Source: a virus. Taken from it: a stretch of 26,514 nucleotides of DNA. The notes below the pieces were generated by a model. The model saw only the letters and a program-made list of their open reading frames with translations. It made no database searches and was not told the origin of the DNA. Made by a program: the position numbers and the translations under genes. Where the stretch lies: UHGV virus genome UHGV-0108392. The stretch is one strand, 5' to 3'. This document shows positions 1-8,087 of the stretch, piece after piece; within the stretch, counting starts at the first letter, position 1, and the number at the start of each line of letters is the position of its first letter.

Positions 1-782
1 GTCGGGCAACAGCAGTACAGGCCAGGGAGATCATCAGCAGCGTATACCGTCACGCCAATGACCGTGGTCATGGTTTGTTTAATCCTGCGGCTGACATTAA
101 ACCTTCGTCTATCGCCATATTTAAACCACGAGAGCGAACACTGACACCAGAAGAAATTGGCCTGTTCTTCCGCACGCTGGATGCCATTGGTGCTATGGGC
201 ACTATGAAAATGGCTTTAAAGCTGGTGCTTATCACTATGGTTCGTAAAGGCGAATTCACCAACGCAACGTGGGATGAAATAGATTTTAAAAAATGGACAT
301 GGACAATTCCTTCAGACCGCATGAAGGGAAGCCGGGCGCACGTTATTTACCTGCCTAAACAGGCACAGGATATATTGGTCGGGCTGCAGATGTGCGCTGG
401 TGGAAGTGAATATCTGGTTCCTGGTCGTTACAACTTCCGGAAGCCATTATCTAATGCCGCGCTGAACTCTCTGATCGACAGAACGGTGAAAATAATAAAT
501 GAAAATGGTGAGCATATTCAGGACTTCACCGTACACGATATGCGCCGTACAGCCAGTACGTTATTGCATGAGGCTGGTTATCCTTCAGACTGGATTGAAA
601 AGGCTCTGGCACATGAGCAGAAAGGTGTGCGCGCCGTATATAACAAAGCGGAATACGCCAGACAGCGCGCCTACATGTTGCAGCAGTGGGCCGATATGAT
701 TGATTCCTGGATTGACGGGGAGCATACGGATCTGATTCCGTTCTCCCCGTCGAAGTTTGAGAAATGGATGGCGGGGGAATAA
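1..782 (+). CDS. int: Tyrosine recombinase (phage integrase), C-terminal portion; 5' end lies outside the window
   Basis: Frame is open from position 3 to the stop at 780-782 with no upstream stop. C-terminal region (VHDMRRTASTLL...GVRAVYNKAEYARQRAYMLQQWADMI) has the His/Arg/Tyr arrangement typical of P4/CP4-57-type integrases. Confidence 0.85.
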   Translation, partial: RATAVQAREIISSVYRHANDRGHGLFNPAADIKPSSIAIFKPRERTLTPEEIGLFFRTLDAIGAMGTMKMALKLVLITMVRKGEFTNATWDEIDFKKWTWTIPSDRMKGSRAHVIYLPKQAQDILVGLQMCAGGSEYLVPGRYNFRKPLSNAALNSLIDRTVKIINENGEHIQDFTVHDMRRTASTLLHEAGYPSDWIEKALAHEQKGVRAVYNKAEYARQRAYMLQQWADMIDSWIDGEHTDLIPFSPSKFEKWMAGE

Positions 783-785
783 CGT

Positions 786-980
786 TTAATTATTCTGCTG
801 ATTTTCTTCCATCTCGGCTTCTGCTGCCAGTGATTCAATTTTATCTGCGAATATTGCTGACAGTGTTGCAAATTCAGCATCAGTGACAGCGGGAATTGGA
901 ACAAACCTGATCCCGCTGTGTGCAAGCATGTTTGCAGTTTCAAGGCATTTCCTTAAATCTGCTGGTGATGCCCTGTTCAT
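786..980 (-). CDS. Hypothetical small protein (64 aa), last gene of the leftward operon
   Basis: ORF whose ATG overlaps the upstream methyltransferase stop (ATGA); convergent with int. No recognisable motif. Confidence 0.3.
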   Translation of the reverse strand: MNRASPADLRKCLETANMLAHSGIRFVPIPAVTDAEFATLSAIFADKIESLAAEAEMEENQQNN

Positions 981-1627
981 GCTGCACGCTCCCGCCCCTG
1001 GTTGTCTGTTGGTGACAGCGGAGAATTGCTGAATGCATTTGTTAATCCGCCAATATCCAACGCGTATCCGGGGTGTAGTTGCACTGCCGGGTCTTCACAC
1101 TGATTACCCCAAACATCGAAGCCATGAGACGTCTGGCGGGCGAACAGTTCAATGCGAGAAACATCGCCTAACAATTGCACAAGTTTTTCACGAACGATAT
1201 CTGGTTTTCTTGAGTGCTCAAGCCGCGGTGCGGTAAATGACTGAACGATCCCTGCATTAATGCGCGTAGGTAGTTTTCCCTTTACTGCAAACAGGCAATC
1301 TTCACTATTGGCGCGAGTCATGTGTCCCATACCCATAACCAGTTTATCTGGTTGTCGACTACCACATTTTATCCACGTGAAGCCCTTCATGGTCATCAGA
1401 CGGAATCCCCAGGCTTCAACAACTTTTAGTGCTTCGAGTGGTTGTGTTGGCACCCACCACATGGCCAACAGACAGTTTTCATCGGCCAAATCCCACACAG
1501 GAAGGCGGCAGATATCCAGCACACTCATAACCGGATATTTAAAACCGGCACCGCGATTACCATCTGCGGCTTTGTCCCGGTATACCCAGGGTGGATCTGC
1601 ATAGATTAGTGTGTATTTCTTAGTCAT
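977..1627 (-). CDS. DNA N6-adenine methyltransferase (MT-A70-like, orphan)
   Basis: N-terminal KYTLIYADPPW motif (DPPW catalytic signature of MT-A70/Dam-like adenine methyltransferases). Start could be 1627 or 1639. No adjacent restriction endonuclease. Confidence 0.7.
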   Translation of the reverse strand: MTKKYTLIYADPPWVYRDKAADGNRGAGFKYPVMSVLDICRLPVWDLADENCLLAMWWVPTQPLEALKVVEAWGFRLMTMKGFTWIKCGSRQPDKLVMGMGHMTRANSEDCLFAVKGKLPTRINAGIVQSFTAPRLEHSRKPDIVREKLVQLLGDVSRIELFARQTSHGFDVWGNQCEDPAVQLHPGYALDIGGLTNAFSNSPLSPTDNQGRERAA

Positions 1628-1919
1628 AAACCACCCCACAACATCCTATGCCGCTATAGTCGCCACGGCGAAGGCCGTTACCTTTTGTGATACATTGGTC
1701 CCTGCGAACCGCGATCCTTGCACGCTCAACATCACCAGAAGCAACATCCATACACTGAAGCCAAAGGTGAGCGGCAATGCGGAACTGCCCTTTTTTCTCT
1801 CTTTCAATCGCGCGTTTTTCGATCTCTATCGCCGCAGGAGTAACGGCGACAATCTTTGACGGACTGCGCATTGAAACCTTGTTCATGTGATATTTTTCAA
1901 GTCGGCTTAACTTTCTCAC
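1620..1919 (-). CDS. Hypothetical protein
   Basis: ORF in the leftward operon, overlapping the methyltransferase start by a few codons. No recognisable domain. Confidence 0.35.
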   Translation of the reverse strand: MRKLSRLEKYHMNKVSMRSPSKIVAVTPAAIEIEKRAIEREKKGQFRIAAHLWLQCMDVASGDVERARIAVRRDQCITKGNGLRRGDYSGIGCCGVVYD

Positions 1920-2028
1920 TTAATCCAACCCTCTCTGAAAATTAATGCCAGCAGATAAAGCCATGCTGAAACAGAGGCCAGGAATAAGTACCATCCTGAC
2001 CATTTGCTCCAGTGCCTTAGAAGCACAC

Positions 2029-2277
2029 TCATGCAGCGTTGCTCACAGGACGATATACACGTTGCTGAACCGGAGGCTTTTTACCCTGGAACTCTGCCGG
2101 GCTTGCTGCCTGACGTTCATCAAGCCAACGCTCAACTTCGTCACGGTTCCATGCGCAGCGTTTGTCAGTGATATACCAGCGTTTAGGAAATTCACCTGCG
2201 CGCTCCATACGGTCGATAGTGCTCCATGACAGTGGCACCACCGCCAGGAGTTCCTTCTTACCTAATGCACCTTTCAT
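2029..2277 (-). CDS. AlpA-family phage regulatory protein / excisionase-like
   Basis: Small HTH protein (LLAVVPLSWSTIDRMERAGEFPKRWYI...WNRDEVERWLDE) typical of AlpA/Xis-type prophage excisionase regulators; sits between integrase and recombination genes. Confidence 0.65.
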   Translation of the reverse strand: MKGALGKKELLAVVPLSWSTIDRMERAGEFPKRWYITDKRCAWNRDEVERWLDERQAASPAEFQGKKPPVQQRVYRPVSNAA

Positions 2278-2326
2278 AAATACCTCTCTTGGTTGCAGTG
2301 CGGCGCGCGTGGCGCCGCGGTGGTGG

Positions 2327-3208
2327 TTACATAGATGTTTCGTTTAATTCTTCCCGACGAACGCTGTAAACGTCGGTGGCTTTTGCCAGCAGTTCGTCAT
2401 CATCTGAAAGTTTTTGTGCAATGTATTTGTAAGCCTTATCCAGTTCGGAGACAGTGCTGTAATTCATCGCTGCGCTGGTAAAGGCCATCAGCATTTCTTC
2501 TGGATCACGGCTATCCGCTTTACGCGTTTGCTCATCAGGCTTTTTCACTGGTTTAGCGTTGATCAGACTGTTCATTCCCGCAGCAGTAGTTGTTTGCGGA
2601 GTAATGTCTCGCTCAACGCGCGGTGCCGTTTCCTGTAATTCGTCAGGGGTGTAAACACCAAGAAGTACATCAGGAGCGTGCAGGCGAGCCCATCGTTTCG
2701 TGCAAAGATAGGCAAGTTGCTGGCGCGGATCCTGTTCCCACAATGGAGAGTTACGCACTCCGGCTTGCGCCATACTGATGGTAAGCTCACGTGGTTCTAC
2801 TTCTCCTTTAAGAACTGCTGACACAGTTACCGTCAGATTCGGTGATTTATCTGTTTTGCCGTTAACATTCGACCAGTCACCGCTCCAGCGATAATTAAGG
2901 CGTGTCGCTAGCAGGCTGGAAGAGGATACGACCGCGTTTACCAACTGTGCTTCGTAGCCTAACGTTCCGTTTACCACATGCGTTTTCTGCGCCACGGCGA
3001 AAGGGTTCATTCCCCACTGTGCCGCCTGCATGGTCACCGCCAGGCAATCGGCAGGTTTGCCTTCAAGATGTTTCGGTACAGTCGCTTTGCTTTGTGACAT
3101 CAACTCCGCGAAACGCACCAGTTGATTCATGCCCTCGGGGCTGAAGATTGCCGCAGCAGTGCCTACAGTTGCGCCTGGTTGTGATGTGATTGCGATATCA
3201 TTGCTCAT
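2327..3208 (-). CDS. Single-strand annealing protein (RecT/Redbeta family recombinase)
   Basis: 293-aa protein with a C-terminal segment (PRVERDITP...) recalling lambda Bet (PERDITPV). Its ATG overlaps the exonuclease stop (ATGA coupling), the classic exo/SSAP pair. Confidence 0.7.
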   Translation of the reverse strand: MSNDIAITSQPGATVGTAAAIFSPEGMNQLVRFAELMSQSKATVPKHLEGKPADCLAVTMQAAQWGMNPFAVAQKTHVVNGTLGYEAQLVNAVVSSSSLLATRLNYRWSGDWSNVNGKTDKSPNLTVTVSAVLKGEVEPRELTISMAQAGVRNSPLWEQDPRQQLAYLCTKRWARLHAPDVLLGVYTPDELQETAPRVERDITPQTTTAAGMNSLINAKPVKKPDEQTRKADSRDPEEMLMAFTSAAMNYSTVSELDKAYKYIAQKLSDDDELLAKATDVYSVRREELNETSM

Positions 3209-4026
3209 ACGTACATATCCTGTTTACGTGCCCAGTCAGGGCGTTTAATAATTTCCACTCCGCCCCATTCATCGTTGATGCGGCATTCGTGATAGGTATT
3301 CAGATCCCGGCGGAACAGAGCGTGCCCGGCATCGACATCTGGCGCATCCAGCTCGAACACGCGTACCGGATACCGACCACAATCAATGCTTTCGCTCACG
3401 GCAAGAAAGAAAAAACCATGCGGCTGACCAGTAACCCTCATTGCGCCTTCGCGGTACATTGCGTCCTGCACGTGGTAGCGGAATTCCTCGATGTGGCGTG
3501 CAAAACGGTCCATATCTGCAACCTTTTTCACGTCGACGATCACGTTGTGCTCGTTCAGCCATTTGTCTGGACGAATTCGGCACAACTCACCCGTCTCTTC
3601 ATCGTTCCAGTACATTGATGCTTCGCAGTAACCAGGTGCTTCCAACATCCAGCGTGCCGCCGGATGAGCCATTGCGCTATCACGCATCAGCTCCAGTTTT
3701 CGCCACTGCTCGACATCAAGTACCGTAATACCCATATCCGCCACATCACGAAGAAATGCTTCTTCGTCAGCTTTACCTTGTTTTGTCCGACGATCGAATT
3801 TCGGTGAAACGATGAAGCGTTTGTCGAATTCTCCAGGTTCCAGAAGCAGGCAGTGCAATGCGGTTCCCATATCCAGTGCAGACTTTTTCTCTTCGTCTTC
3901 TGGTGCTGCCTGAACCCATTTAAGAAGCGCCGGATTCTTGGCAACCATGTCCAGTTGCGACTTACTCACGCCGTCACCTGCGTGGTAGTCTTCGTTGCTG
4001 ATGTCGAAATAAATTCCCGGTTTCAT
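3205..4026 (-). CDS. PD-(D/E)XK exonuclease (RecE/exonuclease VIII C-terminal-domain-like), partner of the annealing protein
   Basis: 273-aa protein with a D...(D/E)xK-type motif (NVIVDVKKVADMD), translationally coupled to the downstream RecT-like gene. Confidence 0.7.
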   Translation of the reverse strand: MKPGIYFDISNEDYHAGDGVSKSQLDMVAKNPALLKWVQAAPEDEEKKSALDMGTALHCLLLEPGEFDKRFIVSPKFDRRTKQGKADEEAFLRDVADMGITVLDVEQWRKLELMRDSAMAHPAARWMLEAPGYCEASMYWNDEETGELCRIRPDKWLNEHNVIVDVKKVADMDRFARHIEEFRYHVQDAMYREGAMRVTGQPHGFFFLAVSESIDCGRYPVRVFELDAPDVDAGHALFRRDLNTYHECRINDEWGGVEIIKRPDWARKQDMYV

Positions 4027-4322
4027 GCCGCGTCCCTCTGCCCATCAAGCTGATCCGCCAGATCCCAGCGCGCTATAATTGCCATTGCCTCGCGCCGGTA
4101 GGCATCCATCAGTTCTTCGAACTCAGGGCTGTCTTTAGCAGCCTCCAGCACTTCCTGACGAACGCCTTTGCCTGTTACAACGTCGAAAGTTGAGGACAGT
4201 TGATGAAGTCGGATGCTCTCAATCAGTTCAACTTGTCGGTCATATAGCTGTTCTGACAGGCGGTAGTCCTTGTCGAATGCCAGCATGATTTTTTGAAGAT
4301 TTTTCTGCTGATTAACGTTCAT
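4023..4322 (-). CDS. Hypothetical protein (about 99 aa)
   Basis: ORF in the leftward early operon; likely start is the MNVNQQ methionine at 4322, which sits 2 nt after the stop of the upstream small ORF. Confidence 0.4.
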   Translation of the reverse strand: MNVNQQKNLQKIMLAFDKDYRLSEQLYDRQVELIESIRLHQLSSTFDVVTGKGVRQEVLEAAKDSPEFEELMDAYRREAMAIIARWDLADQLDGQRDAA

Positions 4323-4324
4323 TA

Positions 4325-4477
4325 TCAGCCCTCCCATATCTCGTTATCGTTGGCCACATCGCGAGCTTCTTTGCTGACGAAAGCCCACTTAATGCCTTCC
4401 TGTAAGGTGCGAAACTTCCAACTCATGAATCCGCATGCAGTAACGCAGTACCAACCGTTGATGATTTTCCACTGCAT
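4325..4477 (-). CDS. Small ORF (49 aa), first gene after the leftward early promoter; not in the supplied ORF track
   Basis: Hand translation of the minus strand gives MQWKIINGWYCVTACGFMSWKFRTLQEGIKWAFVSKEARDVANDNEIWEG with GAGGT 8 nt upstream of the ATG. It occupies the position lambda N would hold, but is not arginine-rich. Confidence 0.25.
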   Translation of the reverse strand: MQWKIINGWYCVTACGFMSWKFRTLQEGIKWAFVSKEARDVANDNEIWEG

Positions 4478-4482
4478 AACTT

Positions 4483-4573
4483 GTTACCTCGGTCTGTTAC
4501 CGTTGAGGTAATAATTATGCGTATTTGGTTTGATGTCAATAGATATGAGTTAAGAAAATTACCTATTAGGTAA
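4483..4573 (-). promoter_or_regulatory. Leftward early promoter region (pL-like) with flanking operator palindromes
   Basis: Minus strand carries a perfect TTGACA -35 followed by an AT-rich -10 region (CATAATTAT). It is flanked by the perfect palindrome TTACCTATTAGGTAA (4559-4573) and by inverted arms TTACCTC...GAGGTAA (4483-4510) overlapping the RBS of the first ORF. Confidence 0.45.
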
Positions 4574-4590
4574 CAGTATAGGCAATAAAA

Positions 4591-4610
4591 AAGCCGCCAG
4601 AAGGCGGCTT
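4591..4610 (-). terminator. Rho-independent terminator downstream of the repressor gene
   Basis: Hairpin AAGCCGCC-AGAA-GGCGGCTT, followed on the minus strand by a T-rich run (TTTTTTATTG). Confidence 0.5.
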
Positions 4611-4630
4611 ACTTACTGAAAAGTATGATT

Positions 4631-5215
4631 TTATTGTTTGTTTTTTTCGTTCTGGTTGATGACAAATTCAATGTAACTTTCGATCTTTGCTTTCTCGGTT
4701 TCGGGTAACAATGCGTAGCGCGAGCGGTCATAGTTGATGGTCGCAGGGTCGTGCGGGTGAATCAGTAATTCATAGCCGTGACGCCCGAATGCGGATGCAA
4801 CATTCTCCAGGGTGGAAATGGAAACGCTGACCTCATTGTTTAACAGGCGGCTGATTGTCACCTGGGCGACGCCGGATGCGCGGTGAAGTTTTCCCTGAGT
4901 TGAAAGGTCGCGGCTTTCGCTCATCCAGCGTTCCAGGTTGTGAGCCGCCAGCTGACCAATGTCGCTTGGGCCGACAGGCTGAAAACCTTCCTGAGAAAGC
5001 GAGCGATCGATATCAAGCCAGTTACGTGGTTTATTGGCGGCAGCTTCAATTTTTCGCGCAACCTGGTCGCCGATAACCTTCTTGCCAAGAGCCCAGCGGT
5101 TTACCAGATTTGCCTGAGTTCCAAGTTTTTCTGCCATCCGCGTCTGAACACCATTGAATTCACGGTCGATCAAGTCGTTGAGATTTTGCCTGCGGACGTC
5201 CTGGATACTTTTCAT
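4631..5215 (-). CDS. Prophage repressor, two HTH-like segments (XRE/CI type), no S24 peptidase domain
   Basis: N-terminal segment (QTRMAEKLGTQANLVNRWALGKKVIGDQVARKIEAAANKPRNWLD) matches the CI-repressor HTH pattern; a second HTH-like segment lies in the C-terminal half. Divergent from a cro-like gene across an operator-rich intergenic region. Confidence 0.6.
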   Translation of the reverse strand: MKSIQDVRRQNLNDLIDREFNGVQTRMAEKLGTQANLVNRWALGKKVIGDQVARKIEAAANKPRNWLDIDRSLSQEGFQPVGPSDIGQLAAHNLERWMSESRDLSTQGKLHRASGVAQVTISRLLNNEVSVSISTLENVASAFGRHGYELLIHPHDPATINYDRSRYALLPETEKAKIESYIEFVINQNEKNKQ

Positions 5216-5369
5216 TTTCTGGAAAATCGCCTCATATATGAATCAGTAGATGATTCAATTTAAAGCAATATTACCCAACAGGTAAATGCACCTCATGGGT
5301 AACTATCCTTGATTTTTGTTACCTTATGGGTGAATATTTATTATCTGAAATAAATATCAGGCAATAGCT
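5216..5369. promoter_or_regulatory. Divergent promoter/operator switch region between repressor and cro-like gene
   Basis: Three operator-like sites related to TTACCT-N3-AGGTAA at 5271-5285, 5288-5302 and 5319-5333. A rightward promoter candidate (TTGATT at 5309-5314, -10 near 5332-5338) has the third operator inside its spacer. Confidence 0.55.
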
Positions 5370-5600
5370 ATGAGCGATAACGGACATTTCGATTTCAAAA
5401 AGCACTGGCTTGCACTTACTCCGGATGAGCGTGAAGCCTTCGCACAGGAAGCCGGAACGACGAGTCACTATATCCAGACTCACTTAACAGGTAAGCGCAA
5501 AATGCCAGGTAATGTATTGATGGATGGGCTTTTTAAAGCCTGTAAATCAAGACAATGGCTGCGCTCAAAAGCAGAACTGGCATACTTCTTCTACTCATGA
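5370..5600 (+). CDS. Cro-like small HTH regulator
   Basis: 76-aa protein with an HTH-like segment (EAGTTSHYIQTHLTGKRKMP); first gene of the rightward operon, opposite the repressor. Confidence 0.5.
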   Translation: MSDNGHFDFKKHWLALTPDEREAFAQEAGTTSHYIQTHLTGKRKMPGNVLMDGLFKACKSRQWLRSKAELAYFFYS

Positions 5601-5750
5601 TATCCAGCCACAACCCTCTGTAGACCGCCATCCGGCGGTCTTTTCATATCTATTCGTACCTCAAAGGTAATAAAAAACCAAATATGGTTGATCTTTTTTT
5701 TGTGTCAGCACAAAATAACCGTAATCCCAATACTAATAACAGGGCTTACC

Positions 5751-5951
5751 ATGGAAATCATTACACGTATTGATGCCGCAAAGCGCGGACTTAAACGCTA
5801 CTACACCGGAAAACCATGTAAGCACGGACATGACAGTGAACGCTGGGTTTACAACGGACACTGTGTTGAGTGCACCATGGAATCAAACCGTCGCATCAGG
5901 GCAGAGATTAAGCAGATCATGATTAATTCCTCCCCACAACACTCAAGCTGA
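5751..5951 (+). CDS. Small Cys/His-rich (zinc-ribbon-like) protein in the cII position
   Basis: MEIITRIDAAKRGLKRYYTGKPCKHGHDSERWVYNGHCVECT with a C-x-H-x-H...H-C-x2-C arrangement. Start is uncertain: the track begins at a TTG at 5688, which would add a hydrophobic N-terminus. Confidence 0.4.
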   Translation: MEIITRIDAAKRGLKRYYTGKPCKHGHDSERWVYNGHCVECTMESNRRIRAEIKQIMINSSPQHSS

Positions 5952-5966
5952 TAGCGGAGATTAATC

Positions 5967-6782
5967 ATGAGCAGACATGCAACAGATTGGGCCTGGGAGA
6001 CAGATCCAGGTAGCTCATCATTAAAGCTCATACTGCTCTCGATGGCTGACAGAGCCGATGAATATAACCTCTGCTACCCCAGCATAGAACGCCTCGTTAA
6101 AGACACTTGCCTGAATAAAAAAACCGTGCAGGCCGGGCTTATATCGCTCATGAAAATGGGGCTTATTTCAGATACCGGAGAGAGAAAGGGAGCGACAAAA
6201 AGAGTGCGGGTTTTCTCTCTTAATATAACCAAAAACGGGAACATTAAAGGCAACCGGGAAGGGGGTAATGAACCCGAAAACGGTAATTTTACCGAAAACG
6301 GGAATATACCCAAAAACGGGATGTTGAATGATCCCAAAAACGGGATGTTGAATGATCCCAAAAACGGGATCCAGAACCAGTCATATAACCAGTCATTTAA
6401 CCAAGAGAGGGAGAGCAGGACAAAAAACGGGGATTCTGTGTCTCATGACCCCGGCGCAAACAACGCCGTGATGAATAACTTTGTTCCTCCTGGTGGGCCA
6501 GGGCAATTAGGCAAATTTGTCATGCATGAACAATGGCAACCATCAGATGACTTTCTTCGGAAAAGCTCATTGCAGGGGATCTACCTGGACAGTCTGCCAA
6601 CGGCACAGGAACTTGCAGAGTTCAGAATTTACTGGATGGCTGAGGGTAAGGCATACCATCAGGCACAGTGGGAGCAGAAGCTGGCAAGGAGGCTGCAGAT
6701 TAGCAGACAGAAGCAATCAACATTACCTGATAACAACGTTCCGCACTGGAACAGCCCTGAAGCATGGGAGGATTTCTTGTGA
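5967..6782 (+). CDS. Replication initiator (O-like; N-terminal HTH, C-terminal DnaT-like region) containing the origin iterons
   Basis: N-terminus (DWAWETD...LKLILLSMADRADEYNLCYPSIERLVKDTCLNKKTVQAGLISLMKMGLI) fits phage replication-initiator HTH proteins. A central repetitive linker is encoded by the iterons. Immediately upstream of the P-like gene. Confidence 0.7.
   Translation: MSRHATDWAWETDPGSSSLKLILLSMADRADEYNLCYPSIERLVKDTCLNKKTVQAGLISLMKMGLISDTGERKGATKRVRVFSLNITKNGNIKGNREGGNEPENGNFTENGNIPKNGMLNDPKNGMLNDPKNGIQNQSYNQSFNQERESRTKNGDSVSHDPGANNAVMNNFVPPGGPGQLGKFVMHEQWQPSDDFLRKSSLQGIYLDSLPTAQELAEFRIYWMAEGKAYHQAQWEQKLARRLQISRQKQSTLPDNNVPHWNSPEAWEDFL
6229..6434 (+). repeat. Iteron array (putative origin of replication) inside the initiator gene
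   Basis: Eight or more direct copies of CC(A/C/G)AAAACGG(G), including two perfect tandem 24-mers CCCAAAAACGGGATGTTGAATGAT (6309-6332 and 6333-6356); these encode the repeated P(K/E)NG peptide. Confidence 0.65.
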
Positions 6783-7564
6783 ACAACGTTTTTACCGCGA
6801 TACAAAACCGTGACGGAGAAGCCCTTTCTCGCATGTCAGGTTATGAGCATCAGTACACCAACAATGACAACGTGGTGAACATGTCAGCAGAGAGGCTTGT
6901 TGATGCCCTTTTCAAACAGCTGAAACAACTGTTTCCGGCGGCAGTGGTAACCAACCTGAAGACGCCAGAGCAGGAAGTTGCTGCAAAACAGCAGTGGATT
7001 GCTGCGTTTGCCGAAGGGGGGATCCGAACCCGTGAACAGGTTTCTGCTGGTATGCGCCACGCCCGCGCCAGTGAGTCTCCGTTCTGGCCGTCGCCAGGGC
7101 AATTCATCAAGTGGTGTAAAGACAGCAAGATGGTTCTTGGCGTCACCATTGACGATGTGATGGCGGAGTTTCACCGGTACAGCAAGGAAAAAAGTTTATA
7201 TCCTGGTGGTCCCGAAAGATTCCCGTGGCGACATCCGGTTATGTACTGGGTCGTATGTGATACCCGCCGTGCAATGTATCAGCGCCAGCTTAGCGAGATT
7301 GAGGTTGAGAAACACGCGCGCAGGCTGCTCGATGATTGGGCGAAAAAGGTAGCTTCCGGACAGCAGATACCCGATCCGGTGATCAGCATACAGGCAAAGC
7401 GAGAGCCCATGAGTACACCTCCGGACACAGGGAGAGACGTTTACCATCCACCAGGGCGAAGTTTCGGGTGCATGCCTAACGCCGCCACCCTTGGGGGAAT
7501 AACACCGGCGCAGTGGCTGATGGAGGAATACAGGCGGGGAAAGGCGGCAGGATTTATCAAGTAA
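6779..7564 (+). CDS. Replication protein P-like (DnaB helicase loader)
   Basis: Clear similarity to lambda P as recalled (REQVSAGMRHARASESPFWPSPGQFIKWCKDS versus lambda MEQVNAGMRVARRQNRPFLPSPGQFVAWCREE). A GTG at 6779 has a GGGAGG RBS and overlaps the O-like stop; an alternative ATG lies at 6764. Confidence 0.8.
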   Translation: MNNVFTAIQNRDGEALSRMSGYEHQYTNNDNVVNMSAERLVDALFKQLKQLFPAAVVTNLKTPEQEVAAKQQWIAAFAEGGIRTREQVSAGMRHARASESPFWPSPGQFIKWCKDSKMVLGVTIDDVMAEFHRYSKEKSLYPGGPERFPWRHPVMYWVVCDTRRAMYQRQLSEIEVEKHARRLLDDWAKKVASGQQIPDPVISIQAKREPMSTPPDTGRDVYHPPGRSFGCMPNAATLGGITPAQWLMEEYRRGKAAGFIK

Positions 7565-7602
7565 TACCAGCGCGATAGCGCATTTTTTTACGCCTCAATG
7601 AT

Positions 7603-7678
7603 TACCTATCAGGTAACAAAATATTCTAAACTCTATTGATTTCGTGTCTTATGTGGTTTTTAATTACCTAAGAGGTAA
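7603..7678 (+). promoter_or_regulatory. Promoter with two operator palindromes upstream of the nin-like gene cluster
   Basis: TTGATT (7636-7641), 17-bp spacer, TTTAAT (7659-7664). Perfect palindromes TTACCTATCAGGTAA (7603-7617) and TTACCTAAGAGGTAA (7664-7678) flank and overlap the -10/RBS. Confidence 0.5.
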
Positions 7679-7681
7679 ATC

Positions 7682-8026
7682 ATGAGAAAACAGATACAGG
7701 CTCTTGGTCGACTCAAAACAGGCCAGATGAACAAAACAGAATCTGCGTATTGCCAGCACCTTGAGCTGCGTAAACGTGCAGGAGAAATCGTCTGGTATCG
7801 ATTTGAGGGTATCAAGCTGCGGTTAGCTGACAACACGTTCTATACGCCCGATTTTGCTGTGATGCTCGCCACCGGCGAGATGGAACTGCACGAAGTGAAA
7901 GGTTTCTGGACCGACGACGCCAGGGTGAAAACCAAAGTCGCCGCAGATCAGTATCCGTTCCGAATCATCGGGGTAACGGTTAAACCAAAGAAAGCAGGTG
8001 GTGGCTGGAACATCGAAGAGTTCTGA
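7682..8026 (+). CDS. DUF1064-family protein (putative PD-(D/E)XK-like nuclease)
   Basis: 114-aa protein with the YTPDF...HEVKG motif pattern recalled for DUF1064 phage proteins. Confidence 0.55.
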   Translation: MRKQIQALGRLKTGQMNKTESAYCQHLELRKRAGEIVWYRFEGIKLRLADNTFYTPDFAVMLATGEMELHEVKGFWTDDARVKTKVAADQYPFRIIGVTVKPKKAGGGWNIEEF

Positions 8027-8087
8027 ATCGACGATCTTTTTAGTTATCAATGTAATCAATAAGTTATGTGGATAAGCGAGGGTAAAG

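Noticed and set aside
499-699. 66-aa ORF nested within the integrase gene
   Set aside because: Out-of-frame overlap inside a well-supported integrase reading frame; no independent support.
6074-6361. Minus-strand ORF with repeated GSFNIPFLG peptide
   Set aside because: Product of translating the iteron repeats on the opposite strand inside the O-like gene; not an independent gene.
6229-6434. Possible CRISPR array
   Set aside because: Repeat units are 12-24 bp with no unique spacers of regular length, lie inside a coding sequence and are in frame with a peptide repeat; they are replication iterons. No CRISPR array was seen elsewhere in the window.
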